DNA of 64,000 nucleotides from Lytechinus pictus (lineage: Eukaryota). The notes beneath the pieces were generated by a model, which did no database searches, was not told the DNA's origin, and was given only the letters and a program-made list of their open reading frames with translations. Position numbers and translations under genes: made by a program. The DNA is taken from the NCBI RefSeq assembly GCF_037042905.1, contig NC_087247.1, forward strand, positions 26,164,001 through 26,228,000. The letters run 5' to 3'. Of this stretch, positions 22,701 through 31,925 are shown piece by piece. Numbering within the stretch: the first letter of the stretch is position 1; each line of letters starts with the position of its first letter.

Positions 22701-25700
22701 TTATAACATGTGAAATGGAAACGATTACTCAAATAATTCTTAAACCACTGTAGGGCTACACCACGTATACCAAAAAACTGTAATTTACAGAGGAGAATAT
22801 CATGGTTGATGACATCAAACGCTTTAGATAGATCAAGAAATAAGCCTAATGTATGAACTTTGTTTGTTAATTTATTTTGGGTGTAATCATGAAGGTCAAT
22901 TAAAGCATGTGCACAGGAGGATTGTTTTCTAAAACCGTACTGAGAGTCATCAAGGAGATTATATTTATTTATATGATTAAAAACCCTATTGTAAATCAAT
23001 TTTTCTAATATCTTAGAAAAACAAGGGAGCAAAGTTATAGGGCGATAGTTAGAAAATATATGGGGATCCCCTTTCTTAAATATGGGTATAATTTTTCCTA
23101 CTTTGAAGTTCATAGGAACCTTACCAGATAAAAAGGACAGATTACAAATATGTACAATGGGTTTAACAATAAAATGGATAACATGTTTAATAGTATATTG
23201 CGTAAGTCCTTCGAAATCTTGGCTTTTGGAAGAATTTATACATTTAACTATATTTAAAACCTCTGATTCATTGGTTGGGTGAAAAAATATGGAATTATTG
23301 CAAGGGACTTTTAAAAAGGAACTAAAATGGCACTTAGGGTTTTTAATATGTTGAGATTTAAGTTTGACAGCAATGCTAGAAAAATATAAATTAAATTCAT
23401 TTACTATCGATTGAGGATCTGTTAACTTTCTTTCTTCTTTAAAAAAATAACTAGGATATTGACATTTTCTTTTCTTTCCTAATAGATTATTAATAACTTC
23501 CCAGGTTTTAGACATCTTGTTTCTATTCTTTTGTAATAAATCACTAAAATAGGTTTTCCTCGCAGACTGTAAAATGGAGTTCAATTTATTTCTATAATGT
23601 TTATATTTATTTTCACTGATATTATTTCTTTTTTTGCAAAATATTTTATATAATCTATGCCTTTTATTTATACATTTTAGAAGTGAAGGCGTAACCCAAG
23701 GTTTTCGTGGGGTATTCTTTCTCTTTATTTTACGGGGAGCAAAATTATGTTTATACGTAGTTTTAAATAAATTTATAAAGGAGTTATATGCATTATCTAC
23801 ATCACATGCTGAGAATACTTCGTTCCATTCTAAAGTAGCTAAATCTTTCTTAAATGAACTTAAACTTGATGGATCTGTAAGTTTTACATAAAATAAAGAC
23901 GTTGGTTCTTTGTATAATTTAATAGAAAGGTTGGTTATTTGGAAAATGGGTAAATGATCAGTTATTCCACTATAAAAAACACCAGAATGAATATCTTTGT
24001 CGACTACATTTGTGAATATGTTATCAATCAATGTTACAGACCGTTTACAAATTCTTGTTGGTTTGTCAATTAATGGACGAAGAGAATTATTATACATAAT
24101 GTTTACAAAATCATTAATGTGTTGACAAGTATTATATTTAAGAAGATCTACATTATAATCACCCATTAAAAAAATAGATTTATTTTCTGTGGATATTGTT
24201 CCAAGACAACTATTGAAATTTTCATTAAATTCAAGAATGGGTTTATTAGGGTTTCTATATATAATACCAACAATAATATTTTTTGAACTATCCGAAATAA
24301 TTTCAATAAAAAGAGATTCACAAATGGTTTCTGGTAAAGATATATCCTCCCTTACTTTAACATTAAGTGAATTATTAACCAAAAGTGCAACACCCCCACC
24401 TTTCCTACCTTGTCTGTCATGATAAAAAGTATAATTATCTCTATTAAATAATAACGGGATATTTTCATTAATCCAGGTTTCACTAAAACCATATATAGAA
24501 AATTTTAACTTAATTTGATTAAGAAATTGATCAATAGCGAAATAATTTTTATTAAGACTTCTGGAATTAAAATGGAGAATACTAAAGTTATGTTTGTCAT
24601 CAGTGGTAAAATCTGAATTATCATTGAAATCAATAGGGAGCCAGTACTTAACAGGTTTATCAAATGTAAAAAAATTATTATCTGGATCAATATCATCAAG
24701 TATTCCACTTTCATCAGAATCAATATATGTCGAGAACATATCAAAATTATCATTATCAACGGTATCATATTGCACTTCAGAAAATATACATTTAAACTCT
24801 TCATCATTTACTTCATTGAAAGGAAAAATATATTGGAGAATATCCATACAGTTGTATTTGCATGTTCACATTCACACTTCAATCAACATTCAAAGCATAC
24901 ACAGCAAAAATAAAAATAACAATTAGGAAATCATTTCTGCAGTCATAATATTTTACTTATCTTTTAAAAATAAAAGAAGAACACTTATTACCTGCAAAGT
25001 GGCCATTCAGTAATGGGTTTATGTTGAGGTCAGCAGCCTGTTACCTCAAATACATCTTAGGCCCAATATACACGTGTGCAGGTTTTGAAACCACCTCCAA
25101 TGCCCTGCAATTTGGTGCATAGACACATACACTGGAAGTAGAGTGAAACCGCATCAATCTACTTTATCGATGACTATTTAAGTAACAAGTGTGCCTTTCT
25201 TTTCACGCCAGCATTTTCTATTGTTCATGAGCAATAACTATTAGCTATTAACCTATTTCTAGTTCAGTGGTCAAGCCGCCTTTAAGGTGTACTCGGTGCA
25301 TTCCAGCAGTCAAAAATTATGAGGTGATACACATACGTCGAACCGCTTTGGGCCGGCCTCAGTCCACCTTTCGACGTATGTGTATCTCCGGCCTAAGATA
25401 ATAGTGCCTCAGATACATCTCTATCAATGGGTATTTTTTATTTTGTGAATAGTTTATTTTTCTTCATCTTTCAAGGTGCATGTGATTCTGGTGTATTTTT
25501 TATAATCCATTTACTTACTTCAGCTAGCTAACGAAGCCATCAATCCATGCCAGATCACCCATGAATTAGCTGAAGAGTTTGGTGAGATCGTGAAGCGTGA
25601 CCAGGAGAAGTTTGTTGAAGCCTTCGGTATCTGCATCAAGTATAGTTTGAAGAAGCTTGCAGAGACAGATGAATCCCTTTCCCTTGACCAACTTACAGAG

Positions 25701-28700
25701 GTTGTCATGGATTTAGGGAGAAAACCAAGCGCAAGGTATATTGTAAACATGATTTCTTTAATTTTTGTGGAGGGGTCACCTTTCTTTTGTGTGATTTTGG
25801 GCCTCAAATTTACAGAGTAAATTGCTTGGTTACAGTTGATATGCAATGACCTGCATTACATACCTTGAAATAAATTGTGTTTATGCCAAACTTAGAGCAG
25901 AAATATGTATGGAGCATGATCACATGATTTTTTTACACTTTTGAATATCATTTAGCTCTCGTTTGTGTGTTCTTCCTCATCTAAAAAGGTAATGCAAGTC
26001 AAATTTCATACTTACGAGATGAAGAACTCACCGTAGATTTTAGCAGGAATAATGTTTAAATGTCCATATAAAACAAGTGATTGAAAAGGAAAATAAATTC
26101 TTTGAGTTTGCTTGCATTGTGAAATTATTTGTGCTCTTATATAATTTATCATCCCACTTTTTGGTAAAGGTGTAAATCTCAACTGCATGCATTCAAGAAT
26201 CCATCTAGTCTTTACCTTTGCTCTCATTAGAGCAGCATTAGTAATATAAGTAAACAATATTAAATGAAAAAAATACAGTAAATTGATTGAATCATACAAG
26301 TACGTAAGCAGTTTAATATTTTTACCCAAAATTGTTTCATTCTTTGGATGGACATTTCTGTATGAAGTAGGGTTTAATTTTCTTGTTCTTGCCTGTTTTC
26401 TTTTGAAGGTTTTATTGTGGGCTTTTTACTCTTACTCCTTCTTTATGCAGGTATTACCAACCAGAGCACGCGGGTCAGCTGAAAATAAAGACTCTTACCG
26501 ACAAACAACCAACAAAGCAAGATGTGAAAGATTTTGTGAAAAAACACTGTTCACCTGTATCAGGTGATCGTAAAACTTCAATCAAAGATACACTCCACAG
26601 AGTAGGGTAGGTAGTCATGCACTGCATCACCATCTTAAATTTCATTTATTTTAATTTAATTCTTCAAATACTAATTGGAGTACCAAAGTGTAACATCAAT
26701 TTTCCATTTTTGCATGTCAACATTTTTGATACCATATGTTGGTAGAACATAATGAAAACCCCCCACAACCCAAATTTGGTGGGAATCGGTCCATGGGGGC
26801 CCAAGATATGACCTCCTAAATACATATCTAGCCCCCATTGAAGTCAATGTATTACTGGCCTGGTTCTAAATGTTAGGACACATGCCAATAATACACTAAC
26901 TTCAGTGGGACTAATTATGTATTCAAGAGGTCGTATCTTGGGGCCCCATGGACCGATTCCCACCAAATTTGAGTAATGGGGGTTTTTCATCATGTTCTAC
27001 CAAAATATGGTATAAAAAACGCTGACATGCAAAACTTTGGCACTCAATGGCAACATATGCAAATATGCAGTTCAAATTAAATTTGTTGAATTATCCCATT
27101 TATGTCACTGTTCCTCATCAGATAGGCTTTTAGTGATTGGTACCGACATCATTACTAGATATTAGGGTGATGGTATTTTGTGATTTGTATTAGGCGCATA
27201 TGCGCATAGGATTATCCGTACTTCGTGATGATAACATTGAGTAATGTCATAGTTCTGTTAATAGTGCACATTGTTATCTGTGCATGTTGTATGCACTGTA
27301 CATTGGTTATGTCATAATGGATGAACAGCTGATTGATCATCTGAAAGTATCAATATTTCTGTGGCTTTCTAATGCCTTCATTCTGACTACAAACATAATA
27401 TATTAGGATATGATAAAGTTGATCAGTGGAATCAAGTGTGTGACCCCCCCCCCCCTTTTTTCTGCAAATCTAAAAGGTATGAATGATAAGACATGTAATT
27501 GGAATGTGTAGGAGAGTGATTTTTGCATTCATCCAGATCCAGTGAGGAGAACTTCAAAATCGTATGAAATATGAGCACAGGGATTCGTATGAGTTTTTGA
27601 GTATTTGCCACTAAATTGACTTGGTTCAAAGTTTGATGAAAATGACAGACTTTGTGTTAACTTTGGAACAGCCTTGACTCACATAAAACTTACAAGGACA
27701 TTTCTGTAAAAAAATCAAATTAATTAGATTCTGTTATTCATGGTCTTGTGGAAATAAATAAATGATGAGGTGTCCTGTCTCATTTTCATAAATAAATTAA
27801 AATGTCACAAGAAATAAATAAAATATATTATGTTTTTGCTTTGCAGGATTATATGCAATCGTAGGAAAGAACCAATAGGACTTACAGCATTGACAAGGCA
27901 TGCAGTCCTAGGATGTGTAACCCCTCTCTTTGACCTCATGAACCAGGGACAGTCCGTTCTGATCATAGGGAATCCTGGTGTTGGAAAAAGTACCATATTT
28001 AGGGAAGCAGCCAGGGTGATAAATGATGTTGCAATGAGGCGTGTGGTCGTTGTTGACACATACAATGAGGTTACTTTATTTTCATGTTTTTTTTTTCTTT
28101 CACCTTTCCTGAGCTTTCATCCCTCTTTAATCACAGAGGCATTTCAAGTTGTTGCTTTATTTAAGTTGATCAAAATGAAAGCTTAATGCACAATTATAAG
28201 AAAATAAAGAAGAAAAAAAAATGCTCTCATTGCAAGTCTTGAAATGTAGACATTCATATGTAGAAATGTAGACATTCATATGTATGCCTCATACTTCATG
28301 TAGCAATTTATAAGCCAACATTAATTTCTTTATTTCATTTTTTATTATTGTCAATTACAGTAAACAGATGAAATATCGCAAACTTATACAAAATTTTAGT
28401 TTGTATTCTTAGTCTTATGCTTAATGTTTTACCTGTTAAATGAGGTAGACTTACAGTGTTTGTCAAAAAGACTGACGAGGTGAGTGACTGACAATTCTTA
28501 TCCCTACTTCTTTGGTGCAGATTACTGGTGATGGGGATGTGCCACATCCAGCTATAGGTGGGGCTAGGCGTGTTCAGGTAAGTCCGACTGCATTAATTTG
28601 GGAGAACAGTCTTGAATAAACTAGATTAGAGGACATTTAATATGCATGTGCTATTTCATCAAAGAATAGTCCTGGGGAGCGTTTTATGAAAGGACTTGTC

Positions 28701-29577
28701 GGACGCTTTATCCGACAAGTCCAATTTTATCCGACAGTTACCATAGTAACAGTGCCTCTCAGCCAATCAGACTCAAGGAAAGATGTCAGATCTGACAACT
28801 TGTCGGATAAAAATGTTGATGAAACGCCCCCCTGGTTTACATGTATGTCAAAATGGTACCTGATTTTTTCTTACTGCTGAATATTTCCTTTATGATCTTA
28901 GCAAGATTTTGTTTGTAACGTTTTAAAAACATAACTTAATTCATTAAATGATACAGTTAACGGCAGTTCTTTTGTCAAGTTGTATGTGAACCAACATAAA
29001 TACCATTTGCTTAATTATCAAAAGTCTTTCAGAATTAATAACAAATGGCAGATAACCTTATTTTGGTAATATTGCATATGCATAGATTCCAGGCCGGGGT
29101 TCACAGTCGGACATGATAAAGGAAGTAGTGCGGAACCACAGCCCTCTGACCCTTGTCATTGATGAAGTCGCGACTGAAGCGGATGCTGCAGCGGTCCTTG
29201 CCACCAGACAGAGGGGTATCCAAGTGATTGCTGCAGTACCTGGACAGACCCTCCAGGATGTCATCCTCAACCCCAATCTGAAGCACCTCTCTGGAGCAAT
29301 TCAGAACATGGTCTTTGGCCATCCCGGTCAGCAGGTTGTCGCAGGACGCACTGCGATGCAGAGGACACAGCCAGCAGCCTTTGACATCCTGGTGGAAATG
29401 TATGATCGATACCGCTGGATTGTGCATACGGACTTCACTCGAGCCATTGACCTCTGCCTTCAGAGAGTACCAGTTGGTGTCCAGGAGAGAAGAGTGTTCA
29501 TGAAAAAAATATCAGAAGATACCAAAGGAGTTCCTCAAGTGGTAGTGAAAAACCTTGTGGTTACCTATCCCCTATAG
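14191..29577 (+). CDS. Gene B: ~1634 aa multidomain protein with Egalitarian-like winged-helix repeats, acidic repeat linker, degenerate DEDDy/EXD1-like exonuclease and Ycf45/SpoIIIAA-family AAA ATPase
   Basis: Eleven GT-AG coding exons with compatible phases: 14191-16788, 17175-17393, 17820-17897, 18271-18494, 19230-19581, 20781-21074, 25524-25735, 26451-26606, 27847-28069, 28521-28577 and 29086-29577. Total 4905 nt, open throughout. Motifs include SILK/[73 protein letters not shown] and NHSPLTLVIDE. Confidence 0.88.
17175..18494 (+). CDS. Gene B exons 2-4: degenerate DEDDy (EXD1/Egalitarian-type) 3'-5' exonuclease-like domain
   Basis: FLTSGSILKVVFG...[17 protein letters not shown]...LPESLNFFG...YLYQKM parallels the EXD1/Egl pattern LE....ILKVIHD...G..L.NVFDTQVA...L..LL......LY..L. 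Confidence 0.65.
19705..20422 (+). mobile_element. Second HINE/DINE-1-like family element
   Basis: 5' ttatacccccgcc...gggggtata hairpin, (gtcg)n microsatellite, four ~155-160 bp internal repeats, and a 3' ggggtattaatcaccttcagtgatatttctagtt end. Confidence 0.7.
21453..24930 (-). mobile_element. CR1/L2-group LINE with an intact ORF2, antisense in intron 6 of gene B
   Basis: Contains the 1036 aa EN-RT ORF. Its 3' UTR has a (TG)n tract, a stem-loop, AATAAA and an (ATTGA)n tail at 21453-21505. No ORF1 is visible. Confidence 0.9.
21737..24847 (-). CDS. LINE ORF2: APE endonuclease plus reverse transcriptase
   Basis: HFNSRSL, SETW, GGGVA, MGDYN, IDNIF, TDHLP; NYRPI, QYGFR, FLDLSKAFD, GVPQGSILGPLLF, LFADDTN, KFLG. 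Confidence 0.95.
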   Translation of the reverse strand: MDILQYIFPFNEVNDEEFKCIFSEVQYDTVDNDNFDMFSTYIDSDESGILDDIDPDNNFFTFDKPVKYWLPIDFNDNSDFTTDDKHNFSILHFNSRSLNKNYFAIDQFLNQIKLKFSIYGFSETWINENIPLLFNRDNYTFYHDRQGRKGGGVALLVNNSLNVKVREDISLPETICESLFIEIISDSSKNIIVGIIYRNPNKPILEFNENFNSCLGTISTENKSIFLMGDYNVDLLKYNTCQHINDFVNIMYNNSLRPLIDKPTRICKRSVTLIDNIFTNVVDKDIHSGVFYSGITDHLPIFQITNLSIKLYKEPTSLFYVKLTDPSSLSSFKKDLATLEWNEVFSACDVDNAYNSFINLFKTTYKHNFAPRKIKRKNTPRKPWVTPSLLKCINKRHRLYKIFCKKRNNISENKYKHYRNKLNSILQSARKTYFSDLLQKNRNKMSKTWEVINNLLGKKRKCQYPSYFFKEERKLTDPQSIVNEFNLYFSSIAVKLKSQHIKNPKCHFSSFLKVPCNNSIFFHPTNESEVLNIVKCINSSKSQDFEGLTQYTIKHVIHFIVKPIVHICNLSFLSGKVPMNFKVGKIIPIFKKGDPHIFSNYRPITLLPCFSKILEKLIYNRVFNHINKYNLLDDSQYGFRKQSSCAHALIDLHDYTQNKLTNKVHTLGLFLDLSKAFDVINHDILLCKLQFFGIRGVALQWFKNYLSNRFHFTCYNNFVSDRKRIQCGVPQGSILGPLLFLIYINDLSSSSSFFRFILFADDTNLIACHKDFNRLILQVNRELENVIQWFDANELIINNDKTCVLYFNRKSHPYNCKDIRILINHVNLNVCTSVKFLGIILDDTLSFQDHRQYIANKISKNIGILRKLRISLPQNVLLMLYNCLILPYLYYCTITWAAVGKTKLESLYKLQKKALRICTNSHFQAHSRPLFFRLQTLTIYDIYTFQIAIMMFNVNNSIAPKIICQMFTLNKSIHSHNTRSCIKYHYPKVSSQSLLNSLRHNGPRIWNNLPNNFMSCTTLSSFKVLLKRQLVSSYSL
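25057..25396. mobile_element. Probable MITE with a 17 bp subterminal hairpin
   Basis: ttaggcccaatatacac ... gtgtatctccggcctaa ends, and a perfect inverted repeat at 25326-25342 / 25370-25386. Confidence 0.45.
25524..29577 (+). CDS. Gene B exons 7-11: Ycf45/SpoIIIAA-family P-loop ATPase domain
   Basis: Colinear Ycf45 motifs: [15 protein letters not shown].NR...IGLT, Walker A [9 protein letters not shown] (27968-27994), [27 protein letters not shown].P...IDE (Walker B 29152-29166), QRGIQ, NP.L..L.G.I and F...VEM. Confidence 0.92.
26705..27034. mobile_element. Foldback-type palindromic element
   Basis: The arm accatatgttggtagaacataatgaaaacccc...aaatttggtgggaatcggtccatggggg is mirrored by ccccatggaccgattcccaccaaattt...gggggtttttcatcatgttctaccaaaatatggt. 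Confidence 0.75.
28675..28831. mobile_element. Short MITE, a well-preserved member of the ~150 bp family
   Basis: gggagcgttttatgaa ... ttgatgaaacgccccc flanked by ctg on both sides. Internal tccgaca repeats. Confidence 0.7.
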
Positions 29578-31519
29578 TCAGAGAATTTACTACACTGTTT
29601 CATGAACCATTTTTATTACACTATTCTGCTCAGTTTGAGTTGATTGAATAGGAGATAAAGGTTATTTTTCTAGTGGGAAGAAATTAAAATCACATGAATT
29701 TTGAAGTAGTAGACAAGCAATGAACTTTTAAATAGACCTTTAGCAAATGTTTAACTTATGTGAAGTTTATGAATGCAGAATTTACTGAATTGAATTCCTT
29801 GGTATTCAATCATTCCATTATTATTAGTAGAATTAGTATTAGTATTGGTATTAGATCTAATTCTTTATCTGCAAATTTCCTTCCTGTGCTTTCCAGTCAT
29901 GTCTTTTATGATAAGATTATCAAGAGGGTACCCAATAGCATAGAATCGTAAGAACAATAACATTGACAATAAGACTATGCAGTGTTTGTGTACATAATTG
30001 TGGTTATTTCATCTCATGAACAGTTCACCGAGAAAGGTCCAACAATGAATGTGCAGTGAAGTTGGTTTCACGGTACACCTTTTCTCTTTCGTGGGCAATT
30101 GTTGGTCCTGAATAATACCACCAAACTTGACATTTCGACAAGTGTGTTCTTGTCATCTTCATGAGAATGTACACTTTTGGCACTCAATTCATGATTATAC
30201 AAGAAATCTGCACAGTCCATAGTTTTTATACTCCCACTTTTAACTTCTTTTGTAGATTCAGACTTATAAGCTTTGGTTATTGTGTATGAGGAATCGTGAT
30301 TGTCCCAATTTTGTTTTCTTCTTATTTTGTGCATATGTGTATTTATATTAATGTGATGGCATGTGTGAGTTGGTAACATATTTGTGGTATGGTTACTGTC
30401 AAGATTAGCAGACAAGTTTGTTCAATCATTCCATTGTACATTGAAGTGAGACTGGTCAAATTTTTTGGTGTGGAATTCACTGTCCAAGACTGATTAATAA
30501 GTTCTGGATTTTAAAGGTGATACAATTATAGGGTGTCATGGCAGTGCATGGGCACTTATGCATGACTGTAAGCCCAACTTAACTCCTTGTGAAACACACT
30601 TGCCAGTATTTTGACAATGTATGTGACATCCTCCATTTCCATCTTATTGTCATATAATAAGAAATATGGATACAAAGCTCTGTGTCATTCTTTTCACTTG
30701 TATACTGGGCAACCCTCTGCTGTACAATGGAAGCACATTTCCTGTGAAATTGAAAATAATCTACCTAACATTTATTGCCAAACTTATCTCTTAGTGCTAG
30801 GGTGGTTATTCATTCATGAAATATCAACTCAAAGGCCCAAATTCTCAAAAGGGATTTTGAATGCATGATTTATAGCATAAAATTAATAAACAAAAACAGT
30901 GGACTAATCAATAAAAACAGGATTCATTGAAACTGTAACCTTAGTAACAACGTCAAATTAGCATGCTGTGATTAAAGCATGTATCATTGTTGGACGCATT
31001 CTCAATATATGCACTGAATTAAGCATAATCAATTCAACAAATCTGCATAAACCATGGATTCAAAAGCACTTTTGTATTCTGGCTTTTTTTATGTGCATGT
31101 CATTTCAGTTTTGATAATGATCTCAGAATGAGTCATAACATTATCTAATGTAATGACCATCCAAATATTTGTATTTGTGAATAGAAATTATGTGTCAGAT
31201 GATTCTGGTAGTAAATGCTTTTAATTCTGAGAAATTGACAGAATTCGAGAAAATAACCTCGGTAATTCTGCCAGGTTACTTGTCTTTTTTCAAGCAATAA
31301 TAGTGCATGTTCTCAGATGTACTTATTGTTAATATCTGTGTTGTCAACCAACAGCGTGCCCATCTTTCAGCTTAGATTTTATAATTTCTCAGAGTGAGTT
31401 CTAGATATGTGGTGATATGGCAGCAATAAATTTAATGACTCTGTAATTAATTTCTTGCTTCAAATTCTTGATATTAGTTCAGTTTTGATGTTTCTCGTTG
31501 TTCCTGTTGCCATTGTTTG

Positions 31520-31925
31520 GGTAAATTGCAATTTCGTCTATTGCCAACTCATTCACTCATCACATCTATATATCTATGGTCTATCTTCATTTAGTATAAT
31601 GCCATTCTGTCCATCAACATTTTGTCTATCAACCATTTAGTCCATTAACCATTTGGTCCAATAATCACTTTGTCTAATCACCAGTTCATCTATGACCATT
31701 TCATCTCATAACCAGTTGGTCTAATACCCATTTTCATGTCATTCATTTTGCCAATTAGTCGGATTAGGCCAAATGGTATATGGACTAAATAGCTATTGGA
31801 CCAAGTGGTTATTAGAAGAGATGGTGAGTGGACGAAATGGCAATTAGACCATATAGATAGTGGACTGATGGTAGACCAAATGATAATAGACGAGTTGGTA
31901 ATGGACGAATTGGGATTAGAAATTA
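31520..31925. repeat. Element built of short (~17-18 bp) tandem units arranged as two inverted arms
   Basis: Left units of the ccatttggtctaat type and right units of the attagaccaaatgg type. Confidence 0.6.

Noticed and set aside
23082-24926. Several short ORFs overlapping the LINE, and likewise within 58963-60583
   Set aside because: They are antisense or alternate-frame shadows of the long RT ORFs.
25326-25386. Perfect 17 bp hairpin suggesting a pre-miRNA
   Set aside because: The right arm is the terminus of a probable MITE (25057-25396), and the 27 nt loop and short stem are atypical. There is no expression evidence.
25524-29577. Bacterial or plastid contamination as the source of the Ycf45-like sequence
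   Set aside because: The domain is split by canonical spliceosomal introns containing host repeats, and it is in frame with upstream exons.
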